DNA of 64,000 bases from an uncultured Planctomycetaceae bacterium (GCA_963833985.1 CAWIAD010000001.1:1440001-1504000), one strand, 5' to 3'. Counted from the first letter of the stretch, positions 31,168 to 42,521 are shown. Program-made: numbers and translations. Notes: generated from the letters alone by a model not told the origin.

Positions 31168-31564
31168 AAGACCATCCGCGGCAGGTTCTTGCACTGTTCG
31201 ATCCACCCGGCGATCTGGCTTTCCGACGGGATCTGCCGCACCAGCTTCTTCTGCTCGTTGACCTCGGCCATCTTCGCATGCAGGTTGGCGGCCACGCGCT
31301 GGGCCAGCTCGGGGACGGAGTCCACCCCGGAGGCTTCCAGCAGCTCCGAGAACTGCTGGGCCACGCCCACGATCCGGATCAGGTCGGCGTGGTTCACCCA
31401 GCGCAGGATCAGTGCTCCGGAAATGCCCGTTTTCTCGGCGAGCTGGTCGCGCCCCTGGGCGTGGCGCCCTCCTGGAGAAGCTGTTCAACGCTCTTGATGC
31501 CAGCGTCCTGTAGTTTCTGGGCGTAGACCTCGCCAACACCTTCGATGTCGATGATCTGCTTCAT
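31161..31564 (-). CDS. DUF4332-like helix-hairpin-helix protein (apparent frameshift ~31452)
   Basis: IIDIEGVGEVYAQKL...WVNHADLIRIVGV...LLEASGVDSVPELAQR, split over two frames. Confidence 0.85.
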
Positions 31565-32088
31565 GGTCAACTCCAGGGCCTGAGGGTCTTCTCGACCTCG
31601 AGAGAAGCACGGAACCGCCAGCGACCGCGGCGGTGTACCATACATACCCAGCATGCGTGCTGCGTGCAAGCCGCCGACCCCGACCGCTCCAGGCCGTGTC
31701 CGTCTCCCACGTACGCTCAGCGGTCGTGGGACTGTTCCGAACATCCGCTCCGGAAGGAGCACCGCGCCCCAGCCTCGCCCGGCTCACGGCGGGACGGCCG
31801 GAGCATCTCGCATGATTGAGCCTGCGACTACGGGACAGGCACCCCCCCTGGAGGTCGAGCGAAGTTGAACCGGACGCGCCCAGTTCAGGCATCCGGCTCT
31901 CGGACTCGACGCTCACCGCCCTGTACCTGGAGGGATCCCGACACCGCTAGTAAGTGCTTCAGGACGTGTCATGTGCGACGCCTCCCATATCAGAGAGCGT
32001 CAAGCCCTGGCGTGGGCTTTTTTCTGCTAGGCCTGGGACGGGAACGGGTGGCGGCTTCCGCTTGATCCCCAGCCTTGCAGCGATGCCA

Positions 32089-32757
32089 CTATGTCGCCCC
32101 GGTATCCACCCGTTTCAGGAAACGGTCGAACTTGTTCATGTCGTTCAGCGGCGGTCCGTGCCCGAAGCAGAGAAGGCTCGGTCGCAGCTCCGCCAACCTG
32201 CGGATCGAGCGGCGGTTTTCCTTCACGTCGGTACAGAAGAAGGCAGGCGGCTCGTGTAACCCCGGCCAGGCGGTCACCAGGTTCATGCCGTTCAGTACGT
32301 CACCGATGACGGCGACCCGATCGGACTCCCGGAACAGGATGACGTGTCCAGGCGTATGCCCCGGTGCGTGAACCACACGGAAACCAGCCACCTCTTCACC
32401 CTCCTGCAAAACATGGGCGACGGGGTGCGCCGGACCGGCCATGAGGCGTGAGGTGGTCCGCATGAAGGGGTTATCCGGCTGCATCGGTTGCTCTCCCTGC
32501 ATCGTGGGCACATCGGCCGCATGGCACGCCAGGGGGATGGAATACCGCTCGCAGACCACGCGGGCACAGCCCTGGTGGTCGGGATGAACGTGGGTGAGGG
32601 CAAGCATTGACAGCTTGCGGCCACCGAGTTGATGAAGAATCCGGCTGCTGGACCAGCGCGTCGCCGCGTCGATGAGGACGTCACCGATGAGGTAAACGTT
32701 GATCGCATGGGGAGGAAAGCCGTCCAGTTGCCAGAGGTTCGGTGCCAGTTCACGCAT
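32089..32757 (-). CDS. MBL-fold metallo-hydrolase
   Basis: THVHPDH, PGHTPGH, GD, FGHG. Confidence 0.92.
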   Translation of the reverse strand: MRELAPNLWQLDGFPPHAINVYLIGDVLIDAATRWSSSRILHQLGGRKLSMLALTHVHPDHQGCARVVCERYSIPLACHAADVPTMQGEQPMQPDNPFMRTTSRLMAGPAHPVAHVLQEGEEVAGFRVVHAPGHTPGHVILFRESDRVAVIGDVLNGMNLVTAWPGLHEPPAFFCTDVKENRRSIRRLAELRPSLLCFGHGPPLNDMNKFDRFLKRVDTGAT

Positions 32758-33366
32758 CAATGATCCTCCGGCCAGCCCGAGGCCGGTGACAGGACGTGCC
32801 GCCTGCGACACGGTGCGAAGATAGGGAACCGGATCAGCACCGGCGCCGGACGTTCGTCCAGCCGGTCTCCACAGGCAGTCGAAGGGCAGAGTCGTTGCAC
32901 GGCGGTCTCATTATCCCCGATCGAGTAACAGGGTGCGACCGCAACCACGACCGGTACGACCCGACGGACGACGTGCCGCTCATGGGCAGACGGGGCTCCG
33001 GTCAAAGATGAGGTCGGAACCAGGACAGTGCAGAGTCAGGAAAGGAGGGCCTGCGCCCGTGAAGCCCAGGCGCTCCAGCCAGTCGGCTGGCTGCACGCGT
33101 GGCCAACCGCCCTGTGCCGATGGGAGAACCTCAATCGCCGGCGTGGTCGCGATATCGCCGGCATTTCCGCCGTAAACTCAATATGACGGCAGAGCATGAG
33201 ATCGCATGACGTGCACGCTTCGGCCCGCGAGCCGATCGTGCCCGACGACTCTTTGACAATTCGGTGGATGGATGGACCAGCGTGCCGGCCCGGCGGCGCG
33301 CTGGTTCCGCTCTCTTGCCGGCCGGCAGAGGCGGTGCGTGGGACGGACAGAGCGCAAAACTCACGC

Positions 33367-33706
33367 AACGAAGCCATTGAAAAAACGGAAAAACGGCATG
33401 TAAGTGATAACCAGGAAAGGAGTAGCGTCCGATGGCTTCGATGCGCGAGGCCCGAGAACGAACCCAAACGTTCCCCGCCGTGAGGCCGACAAGCGACGGG
33501 AGAAAGAGCGCCGGTGCGACGGCACGAGCGCAGGGCCCGGCCACCCTGGCCGCCCGGGGGAATGCTGGAACGATAGTGTGGATCAGGCCGGGTTGTCACG
33601 CGCAAAACCGACAACGAACCCAATCAGGATTCCCAATCCAAACCATTGGCAATAAAGGACTAAGGTTCATCGAGCGGGGTGCGATCGGGCCGAGAACGAA
33701 CCCAAT
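33367..33706 (+). repeat. Dispersed direct repeats CCGA(G/C)AACGAACCCAA
   Basis: Copies at 33452-33467, 33608-33623 and 33690-33705, plus a degenerate AACGAAGCCA at 33367. Confidence 0.75.
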
Positions 33707-33907
33707 TTGCCACTGTTCCGGTGGGGCCAAGGGTTCCGGCACTCCGGAGGATTCGCGGCGTCCGGGTGCGCTGGGGGGAGCTTTTCGGCCGTGGCCTGGG
33801 CGCATGCAACTTGTTCTTTACACTCTCTGGTCGAGTGCCTACCATCCGCGAAGTTCCGCGGCGAACAGGCCAGCGGTACGGAGGGTGCGCCATGGAGGGT
33901 GAAGACG

Positions 33908-34654
33908 ATGGCCAGGATCATCAGCGTGGCCAACCAAAAAGGGGGCGTGGGCAAGACCACGTCGGCCATCAACATCGCTGCCGGACTGGCGAAGTCCGGT
34001 CGCAGGGCGCTTGTGGTCGACGTCGACCCGCAATGCAACGCCACCAGCGGACTGGGTGTTGAGCCGGCCCAGCGTCATCCCTTGCTGGCGGGCAAGGCGC
34101 TGGCCGAGAGCGTGGTCGAGACGTCGCAACCGCGGCTTTTCGTTCTGCCCGGATCTCAGAGTCTCGCCGACGCCGACGCACTCTCGGCATCGAACCGGCA
34201 GCGCGCGTCGACGCTGCGGCAACAGCTCGCCGGTGAGCTCGGCCAGTTCGACTACGTGTTCATCGACTGTCCCCCCTCGACGGGTCAGCTCACACGCGCC
34301 GCTTTAGGATCATCTCACCAGATTTATATCCCGATCCAGTGCGAGTACTTCGCCATGGAAGGGCTTTCCCAGATCATCGAGCTTGCCAGGCAGACGAAGT
34401 CAAAAGATAACCATCGTTTGGAGATTGGGGGCATTGTCCTGACGATGTACGATCCCAGCCTGGAGTTGGCTAACGAGGTGGCCGGCGAGGTCCGACAGTA
34501 TTTCGATGAAACGGTCTTCGAAACACTGATCCCGCGCGACGTGAGCATCAGCGAGGCCCCCAGCCACGGGCTGAGCGTGCTTGAGTACGCGCCCCGGGCC
34601 CGTGGTGCGCGGGCGTACACGGAACTCGTCATGGAGGTCATCGACCGTGAATAA
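33908..34654 (+). CDS. parA: ParA/Soj ATPase
   Basis: NQKGGVGKTT, DVDPQCNAT, IDCPPS, QCEYFAMEG, SEAPSHG. Confidence 0.95.
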   Translation: MARIISVANQKGGVGKTTSAINIAAGLAKSGRRALVVDVDPQCNATSGLGVEPAQRHPLLAGKALAESVVETSQPRLFVLPGSQSLADADALSASNRQRASTLRQQLAGELGQFDYVFIDCPPSTGQLTRAALGSSHQIYIPIQCEYFAMEGLSQIIELARQTKSKDNHRLEIGGIVLTMYDPSLELANEVAGEVRQYFDETVFETLIPRDVSISEAPSHGLSVLEYAPRARGARAYTELVMEVIDRE

Positions 34655-35525
34655 GCGACGTTTGGGACGTGGACTGGAAGCCCTGCTAGGACGTGAGGAG
34701 GGTGGCTTCGAGCCGGGCTCGTTCGAGGGCTCCGAGCTGATGCACGTCGCGGTCGACCAGATTGACCCCAACCCTTACCAGCCGCGCCGGCATTTCCCCG
34801 CGGCGGAGATTGCCAGCCTGGCCGACTCGCTGCGGCAGCACGGCATGCTACAGCCCATCCTGGTGCGCTCGGTCGGCGAGCGCTTCCAGCTCATCGCCGG
34901 CGAGCGCAGGCTGCGGGCCAGCATTGAAGCCCAGCTCCACGAGATTCCCGCGCGGGTGATGGACCTGGACGACCAGCGCGTTTTCGAGCTGGCCATGGTG
35001 GAGAACCTTCAGCGCGAGGACCTGAACGCCGTCGACAAGGCCACGGCCTTTCGCGACTACCTGGGCCGCTATGGCGGTACGCAAGAAGAGCTGGCGGGGC
35101 GGCTGGGCCTGGATCGGTCGACCCTGTCGAACTTGATCCGCCTGCTCGAGTTGCCCGACGAGGTGCTGGCTGCCGTGCGTGACAGCGAGGTCACCCCGGG
35201 CCACGCCCGCGCGCTGCTGGGCCTGCCCGACGCCGACACCCAGCGCGCCGCCTGCCGGCGGATCATCGCCGAGAGCCTGTCGGTGCGCCAGACCGAGGCC
35301 CTTGTCGCCACCGGCATCCCCACTCCAGCCCGGCCGCGCATCCGCCGTGATCCGGCCCACCAGACCGATGCCAGGCCGCCCCACGTGCTGGAGCTGGAAC
35401 AGCACCTGCACCAGCGGTTCGGCACCACGGTGCTGATCCGGGCGCGAACGCAGGGGCGCGGGCAAATCATCATCGATTACAACTCGCAGGAAGAGTTTGA
35501 TCGCGTCACGGCCATGATCCGCTGA
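34647..35525 (+). CDS. parB: ParB/Spo0J partition protein
   Basis: LGRGLEALL, NPYQPR, IAGERRLRA, ENLQREDL, HTH, GHARALL. Confidence 0.95.
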   Translation: MNKRRLGRGLEALLGREEGGFEPGSFEGSELMHVAVDQIDPNPYQPRRHFPAAEIASLADSLRQHGMLQPILVRSVGERFQLIAGERRLRASIEAQLHEIPARVMDLDDQRVFELAMVENLQREDLNAVDKATAFRDYLGRYGGTQEELAGRLGLDRSTLSNLIRLLELPDEVLAAVRDSEVTPGHARALLGLPDADTQRAACRRIIAESLSVRQTEALVATGIPTPARPRIRRDPAHQTDARPPHVLELEQHLHQRFGTTVLIRARTQGRGQIIIDYNSQEEFDRVTAMIR

Positions 35526-35631
35526 ACGGCGAGCGCGGGCGGAAGACCACCCGGGTAGCCTTCGTCGAGCTTCTCCGCTCCCCCGATCGCGCGCCGGATC
35601 GGTCCGGGCGACGTGCACGAAGGCGAAAGGT

Positions 35632-35670
35632 GTCGAGGTGGGTCTGGCATCCTTGCTCGACCCACCCGAC
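35632..35670. repeat. Hairpin GTCG-GGTGGGTC...GACCCACC-CGAC (REP-like or terminator)
   Basis: Inverted repeat between convergent genes. Confidence 0.45.
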
Positions 35671-35879
35671 GATTCTCCACGAGGGATCAAGTTTTTCTCA
35701 CCGCGGGCTCATGAACATGCACTTCCAGCGGATCACCGTCGGTGACTCATGTGCGGGATTGTCATCCCGTCAACTCGTGACTGGAGTGATGCGAGCGTTC
35801 GTCCGGTGGCAGGAGCATGGAGCTTCCACGGGCAACGCTCGTGCCGGCCGGTCGCACTGATTGGGACGGTCAGCCAGGA

Positions 35880-36356
35880 TCAACAGCGTCGTGGCCGGCT
35901 GACCAGGATTCGAGCCAGAGGGGCAATACGCGGACTGGAAGCGGCGTTCAGGTGGTCGAGCAGGTCAAGTCCCGCGTTGCCGATCCTGGGAGGAAACGCA
36001 CAAGGGTTTTCCTCGAGATTCTCGCATCCTTCCGCCGGTGACGCGTTCTCCCAAAAGCCATTGATCGGCAGGCTCTCGAACTGAGAAGCCGCGGCAGCCG
36101 ATTCCAGGGCCAGGTCCGCGGCAGCCTGCGCGGCCAGGCCAGCCGAACGATGATCGTGCACGACCACGGACCCCAGCACCAGCGCGAGCAGGAGCGCACA
36201 CGTCCCGAGCGCGGTGATGAGTTCGTCATGCGATGGCTTGTGGTGGCGTTGACTCAATGGAACGTCTACCCTGGTGTTTGCCGGCCCATTCCGTGAGTTT
36301 GCAACAGGGGCATGCTTCAGGCGGGAGCGCGACGGTCGATCCGGAACGTGCGACAC
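35880..36356 (-). CDS. Hypothetical single-TM protein
   Basis: 158 aa ORF with one hydrophobic helix; no family recognised. Confidence 0.45.
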   Translation of the reverse strand: MSHVPDRPSRSRLKHAPVANSRNGPANTRVDVPLSQRHHKPSHDELITALGTCALLLALVLGSVVVHDHRSAGLAAQAAADLALESAAAASQFESLPINGFWENASPAEGCENLEENPCAFPPRIGNAGLDLLDHLNAASSPRIAPLARILVSRPRRC

Positions 36357-36856
36357 GGCTTTCGTGAATCTTTCTACCTTGAGAACAGGCGAGCGTCAAG
36401 AAATCATTGTAAGGAATCGAGCAAGGCGAGCGCGGGATGCCGTCCGGAAGCCAGTACCATGAGCTCCGGCCGCTGGGACAGGTTTCACCGGTTCCGGCCG
36501 CGTGGGACAAGATGCCCATCCTGTCGCTTAAATAGAAAAATGAAAGGATCATTGAAGAGACAAGAACGGAATCTTGTCCCACGGGCGAGGCTTGACGTCA
36601 GCGGGTGAGGCTCCTCGGCGGTACGTCCGTTCCAGCGGTCTGATCCCTGTGATTCCGCTTTCTGTGGTCACATGGGAAACGGGCGTGCCTGGCGAGCCGC
36701 GATGCGAGGCTGGCTTGACAATCGGCCGTACCGAGCAGAAGTATGGCCATGACGAGGGGGACCAGAGATCTCTCCGGCCGGGCCGCCGCCAGCGGTCGGT
36801 GGCGGAGCCCGGTGCGCAATCCCGCGGGAAGCTTCACGGCCTTCAGAAAGCGAGCC

Positions 36857-39410
36857 ATGGTGAACGAGGGTGCCCTGGAGCAAGAAGTGCGGAGCGAGGT
36901 GGACGACAGCCTGGCGGAGCGAAGACTTTCGTCGTCTCAGAAGCCGGAGTTGCTCTCGCCGGCGGGCGACCGGACGTGCCTGCTCGCGGCCGTGGAGAAC
37001 GGTGCCGATGCGGTTTACTTCGGGCTGCGGCGTCACAATGCGCGGATCCGGGCGGCGAACTTCGACGGGGCCGAGCTTGACGAGGTGATGGCCTTGCTCC
37101 ATCGCCGAGGGGTCCGCGGGTATGTCACTCTCAACACGCTGGTCTTTCCCGGCGAGCTCGAGCAGGTGGAGCAGACCGTACGAGAGCTGGCCGAGGCCGG
37201 CGTCGACGCCGTGATCATCCAGGACCTGGGGCTCGCCAGGCTGATCCGTGCGGTCACGCCCCACCTGGAGATGCACGCCTCGACCCAGATGTCGATCACC
37301 AGCGGTGAAGGGATCCGCCTTGCCGCCGAGCTGGGCTGCGCGGGTGATCCTGGCACGCGAGCTGTCCCTCGAAGAGGTTCACAAGATTCGCAGCCAGGCG
37401 TGCTTACCTGTCGAGGTCTTTGTCCATGGGGCTCTCTGCGTGGCGTATTCCGGCCAGTGCCTGACCAGCGAGGCGCTGGGCGGCCGGTCGGCCAACCGCG
37501 GCGAGTGCGCCCAGGCCTGCCGCATGCCCTACGAGATCGTTTGCGATGGCCAGCGCGTTGACCTGGGCAAGACGCAGTATCTGCTGAGCCCGCAGGACCT
37601 GGCAGCCTACGACCTGGTTCCCCGGCTGATCGAGCTGGGCGTGCACAGTTTGAAGATCGAGGGCCGTCTCAAGTCCGCCGAGTACGTCGCCAATATCACG
37701 CGGCACTACCGCCAGGCCATTGACGCGGCATGGGCCGGGCAGCCTGTCGCGTTCACCCCGCGCGATGTCGAGGAGATGCAGCTTTCGTTCTCGCGCGGGT
37801 TCAGCCACGGCTTCCTTGACGGCAACAACCACAAGGTGCTGGTCCGCGGCGATTACGCCAAGAAGCGCGGGGTCTTCGTCGGCCGGGTGGAATCAATCAC
37901 GCGGTCGGGCGTGCGGCTCGTTTGCGAGACCACGATCAAGCCAGGCGACGGGGTCGTGTTCGACGGTGACGAGACCGGCGCGGGGCTCGAGCAGGGCGGG
38001 CGCGTTTACGAGGTCTTCGAGCAATCCCGGGGCCGCGTCGAGCTGCGCTTCGGCCGCGACGCCATCGACCTCAGCCAGGTCATTGCCGGCCAGGGCGTCT
38101 GGAAGACCGACGACCCGGCGCTCTCGGCCCGGCTACGGCGCTCGTTCGAGGGACCGCCGACCCGCCTGGTCGACGTGGACATGGCCGTTCACGCCGAGAC
38201 GGGGGAAGCCCTGGAAATCGTGGCGACCACGGACCTGGGGCATCGGGCCGAAACGCGCTGCGGCGAACGGCTGGCCGTGGCACGGTCACAGCCCGCCGAT
38301 GTCTCGCTCCTGCGCGACCAGCTTGGCCGGCTGGGCGGCACGATCTACCGGCTACGCCGGCTGGATGCGACCATCACCGGTCAGCCCATGATACCCAGGA
38401 GCCTGCTCAACCAGGTGCGCCGGGACCTCGTGAGCCGGCTCGAACGTGCGGCCGCGATGGCTCCCGGCCGGACCCTGGCCGTGGAGCCCGTTCTTCCCGT
38501 GCTGCTGGCACCCCTCCTCCAGGAGCGGCAGAGGCAGCGCCACGAGGCGGCGCAATCGTCGGCCGCCGGTGCCCCGGAGCTCACGGTACTGTGTCGCCGG
38601 ATCGACCAGATGGAAGCGGCGATTGGCCAGGGCATTGGCAGCATCTATGCCGATTTCCAGGATATCAAAAAGTATGCCCAGGCCGTCTCCGTGGCCCGTC
38701 GCGGCGGCGCGGCAGTCTTTCTGGCGACGCCGCGGATCGAGAAACCGTTCGAGGCCAACCTGTTTGGATACCTGGCGAAGCAGGGGTCCGACGGCCTGCT
38801 GGTGCGCAACGCCGGCGGGCTCGACCATTGCGCCAGGCGGTCGATCCCGATGGTGGCCGATTTCTCGCTCAACGCCGCCAACCCGCTGTCCGTCCAGCTT
38901 CTGAAGGAGCGAGGAGCGCTGCGCGTGACGGCCTCGTACGACCTCAATGCCGCCCAGCTTTTCGACCTGATCGACGCCGTCCCGCCAGACTGGATCGAGC
39001 TGGTGATCCATCAGCATATCCCCATGTTCCACATGGAGCATTGCGTCTTCTGCGCGTTCCTGTCTGCCGGCACCGATCACACGAACTGCGGCCGGCCCTG
39101 CGACGTCCACGACGTGAAGCTGCGCGACCGCGTGGGAGTGGAGCATCCGCTCAAGGCCGATGTCGGCTGCCGCAATACCCTGTTCAACGCCGTTCCCCAG
39201 ACCGCGGCCGAGTTCCTGCCACGGCTCATCGCCCACGGTGCACGACACCTGCGGATCGAGTTTCTCGATGATCCGGCCGAACAGGTGGAGCGGACCATCG
39301 GACTGTACCGCGCTGCGCTCCTGGGCCAGGGGGACCCGCGCACGCTCTGGCGCGAGTTGAAGGCCAGCAACCAGTACGGCGTCACCCGCGGGCCGCTGAG
39401 CGTGCTCTGA
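36857..39410 (+). CDS. Peptidase U32-family Fe-S protein with DUF3656-like region (RlhA-like RNA hydroxylase); apparent frameshift ~37340
   Basis: PELLSPAG, GADAVY, HASTQ, VILARE, HGALCVAYSGQC, RGECAQACR, LKIEGR. Confidence 0.88.
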
Positions 39411-39494
39411 GAAGGGCGGCAGGCCAGGTGCCGCGAGGCAACACCGGGTGGTCAGCGCACCCAGGATGCGAAGGTCACGCAAACGGGGTTCCGG

Positions 39495-40766
39495 TCAGTC
39501 CCGGTAGGGATGCCGCAGCTCGAACATGGCCTGGCGGACTCGATAGGTTCGTGCGGACTTGTCGGTGCGCGGGGTGAGCTGGACGGCACGCGTTTCCCAC
39601 TTCGCGGCGGAGGCGTAATCGCCGGCCTCGGCACAGGCGGCGGCCAGGGCGTCCAGGCAATCGGGGCTGTTCCAGTGGGTCAGCTCGCAGGCCATCGTGC
39701 CTTCCCGCACGCCCCTGGGACCGTCGCGGAAGGCCGGGTTGCGGCAGGTGGCCAGCAGCCACGCGAGCTCTCTCCGCGGGGTGGGGTCATCCGCTTCCAC
39801 GCGGATTGCCTCGGCGTCGTCATCGATGGCGCGAGCGTACTCGGCCCGCTTCTTCCAGGCCCTGGCGCGGAGCACCAGCGGCATGGCGTCGTTCGGGTCC
39901 AGCTCATGGGCCCTGGTGAACTCGGCGATGGCCGCACCCGACTGGAGGTCGAGCAGGAACGCCTCGCCACGCGCCATGTAAACGGCCGGGTCGTTGGGAC
40001 GCTGCTGCAAGACCAACGCGTAGTCGGCCATGGCCTGGTTGTGCCGGCCGTGGATCGAGCAGACCTTCGCCCGCGTCATCACCAGCGACATGTTCTCAGG
40101 ATCTCGGCGGATGGCTTCCGTCAGGTCGTCGAAGGCATTCTCGAAGAACCTGCGCGCGTCCCAGGCCAGCCCGCGGTCGCGATAGGCCACGGCCATATTC
40201 GGATCAAGCCGGATCGATTCCGAGAATGCGGCAATGGCCGGCTGGTGCTGCTGCTTGCCGGCCAGTGCGACGCCGCGCAGGTGATGGTTCCTGGCTTCCC
40301 TGGGTGCCAGCCTGATCGCCGCGTCGATGTCGGCCAGGGCGCGGTCCCACTGGTGCTGTTCCAGCCAGACACACGCTCGCGCCTGGTAAGCCTGGGCATC
40401 CTTCGGGTTCGCATTGATCTTGCCGCTGAAATAGTCGGCGGCTTGCTCCAGCGGCAAGACCCGGTCGCGCTCCACCCAGCCGCGAATCATTCCGTCCTCG
40501 GCCGAGACGTCGACGTAGCCATTGCCCAGCCGCTCGACCCTGAAGACGCGCCTGCCCCGGCTGGAGATCTTCCGGTCGCCGTCGAGCAGCAGCGCACCGG
40601 GCTCGGCGAGCACGACGTCGACCCCGACCTCGAGCCCCCCTCGGGCCGACAGGTTGGAAGGCTCGTCGCCCGCCCGAAGTGTCGCCGTCAGAAGGACTCC
40701 GGCCGCGACAACAAGTGCTGATGCCGCGCTTCTCAGGAGTATCTTGCCCAAATCTCCTTCCCTCAT
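39495..40766 (-). CDS. Secreted TPR-repeat protein
   Basis: Signal peptide, multiple AIADxxxAIRLxP repeats, C-terminal LAWLLATC...ACELT.W...LAAA. Confidence 0.88.
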   Translation of the reverse strand: MREGDLGKILLRSAASALVVAAGVLLTATLRAGDEPSNLSARGGLEVGVDVVLAEPGALLLDGDRKISSRGRRVFRVERLGNGYVDVSAEDGMIRGWVERDRVLPLEQAADYFSGKINANPKDAQAYQARACVWLEQHQWDRALADIDAAIRLAPREARNHHLRGVALAGKQQHQPAIAAFSESIRLDPNMAVAYRDRGLAWDARRFFENAFDDLTEAIRRDPENMSLVMTRAKVCSIHGRHNQAMADYALVLQQRPNDPAVYMARGEAFLLDLQSGAAIAEFTRAHELDPNDAMPLVLRARAWKKRAEYARAIDDDAEAIRVEADDPTPRRELAWLLATCRNPAFRDGPRGVREGTMACELTHWNSPDCLDALAAACAEAGDYASAAKWETRAVQLTPRTDKSARTYRVRQAMFELRHPYRD

Positions 40767-40866
40767 GGATCCACCTTGCGGCCATGGGTCGTGCCATCAG
40801 ATCGTATACTGAATAAAAGCGGCAATCGGCCAGTGATCGCGCCCGGAAAGAACAGTGGTCCCGTGG

Positions 40867-42294
40867 TCACGGAGTCGAGTCATCTCGCTGGGCTTCCTGC
40901 CAGATCGGTCCGTACACGTCCTTATCGAAGGGAGGGCAGCCAGTGGGGAACTGGCCCAGCTCATTATGCTTGGAGCGCATGAGCGCCGTGCAATAGCTGA
41001 AGGTGCGGCAGAGGCGTCTGGAGTCGAGACTTTTCCCGGTCATGATCGAGCGAGCCATATCGGGTTGCGAGAGAGCGCCCCGTCCAATGCCCACCAGAGT
41101 GGCGCGTCCCGTCCGCAGGTTCGCGGCGCCGGCCTGGGGAGCGAATGCTTGCAGCCAGCTATAGCCGGAACCGACCACGGCCAGGTCCGGGTAGGCCATC
41201 TGGACTTCCGCCGTCAGCCGGAAATGCCGGTCCACGCCGATGAGGGGATGCTCGGGGGTCTCGTAGCCGTCTGGCGGAGGGTACTCGAACGGTCTCAGAA
41301 GGTGCGGGCTGGCATAGGGGTTGCCCAGTGTCACGTTCAGAAGCGAGAGCCCGAGAGCGCGGAGCTTGCCGACCAGGGCGACTGGCTCGGCCAGGTCGGG
41401 CTCGGATGGATGATCGTCGCGCCCGCCCCAGCAGGACAGAACCGGCCCGGCCGCAGGCGCGGGCACGCCCACGCCGCTTGGCCCCTTCGTGTACGGCAAA
41501 CCGTCATGGACGTTGAGCCGGGTGGCGATGATCCGGCCGGGGTTCTCGTCGCGCAGTCGTGCCACGAGCGTACAGATCCACCGCGTGCGGTTTTCGAGGG
41601 AGCCGCCGTACTTGCCGGGCCTCGTCCGCGCGGCCAGCAGCTCGTTGAGCAGGTACCGGTGGCATTGCTTCAGGTCGACGAAGTCGAAGCCGATACGGTA
41701 GGCCAGGCGAGCGGCTTCCGCGTAGTGGTCGAGCAGCCGGTCCAGGGCGCCATCGTCGAGCAGGGGTGTGTCCGCGGACGCCGTGGCGCCTGTGGTGCGA
41801 TCGAGGACCGTCCGCGCATCCAGCAAGGGATCGTGCTGGGCGAGGATGGGCCGGGGGTAGGAATAGCGGCCAGAATGGGTCAGTTGCAGGCCGATCAGCA
41901 GGTCGTCGTCCGATCCGCAGGCTGCGAGGTGGGCCTGGCGGCATGCCGTGACGATTCCGGCCAGCGCGGGGGCCGTTCCCTCGTTGATCACGAGCTGTCG
42001 CGGATTGGCCCTGGCCTCCGGGACCACGGCGCAGGCCTCGCCCCAGATCAGCTTGGCGCCCCCCGCTCCGAACCGCTGGTAGCGCCTCAGGGTGAGCTCG
42101 CCGGGGGTGCCGTCGGGGTTGGCGTCGCACCCTTCCATCGGCTGGATCGCCAATCGATTGCCGATCTTCCGTCCGCCCACGATGAGCGGCCGGCGCAGCG
42201 GCGCCAGGTCGTCATCCAGCTCGATCGTCAGGCCAAGCCGGTGTGCGTCATCCCGCAGGGGCTGGCTGGACTTGTACTTGAAGTAGCGCGACAC
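40867..42294 (-). CDS. NADH:flavin oxidoreductase (Old Yellow Enzyme family)
   Basis: NRLAIQPMEG, LQLTHSGR, GFDFVDLKQCHRYLL, YGGSLENR. Confidence 0.9.
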   Translation of the reverse strand: MSRYFKYKSSQPLRDDAHRLGLTIELDDDLAPLRRPLIVGGRKIGNRLAIQPMEGCDANPDGTPGELTLRRYQRFGAGGAKLIWGEACAVVPEARANPRQLVINEGTAPALAGIVTACRQAHLAACGSDDDLLIGLQLTHSGRYSYPRPILAQHDPLLDARTVLDRTTGATASADTPLLDDGALDRLLDHYAEAARLAYRIGFDFVDLKQCHRYLLNELLAARTRPGKYGGSLENRTRWICTLVARLRDENPGRIIATRLNVHDGLPYTKGPSGVGVPAPAAGPVLSCWGGRDDHPSEPDLAEPVALVGKLRALGLSLLNVTLGNPYASPHLLRPFEYPPPDGYETPEHPLIGVDRHFRLTAEVQMAYPDLAVVGSGYSWLQAFAPQAGAANLRTGRATLVGIGRGALSQPDMARSIMTGKSLDSRRLCRTFSYCTALMRSKHNELGQFPTGCPPFDKDVYGPIWQEAQRDDSTP

Positions 42295-42521
42295 CGTCGT
42301 TTCACCTCGGTTCCCGGCATTCTCAGCGCAGCCGTCGGGGCGAAGTCGCGGCCCCGAGCTTCTGCCATGGTGGCGTGCGGGCCGAGCGTCCGCAAGCCCG
42401 TCCCGAGGGCACGGCTCTCAGGCCGGGTGCCGCGATTCGCCGGCTTGACGAGCCCAATCCGCTCGCCCTAGAGTGAGATGAGGCCGATGATCACGAACCC
42501 GTGAAGTCCGCGGAGACTGAC

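Noticed and set aside
31747..31760. GCTCC-GGAA-GGAGC hairpin resembling SRP RNA helix 8
   Set aside because: The CAGG/AGCA internal loop is not formed.
31849..31920. tRNA/tmRNA-like GGTTCAACT...CTCCA on the minus strand
   Set aside because: No acceptor stem, D arm or anticodon arm can be built.
33908..35525. parAB as evidence of a plasmid or oriC
   Set aside because: Chromosomal Soj/Spo0J type among core genes; no rep, dnaA or DnaA-box cluster seen.
37330..37350. Programmed frameshift in the U32 gene (and likewise the other shifted genes)
   Set aside because: No slippery heptamer; the pattern fits sequencing indels.
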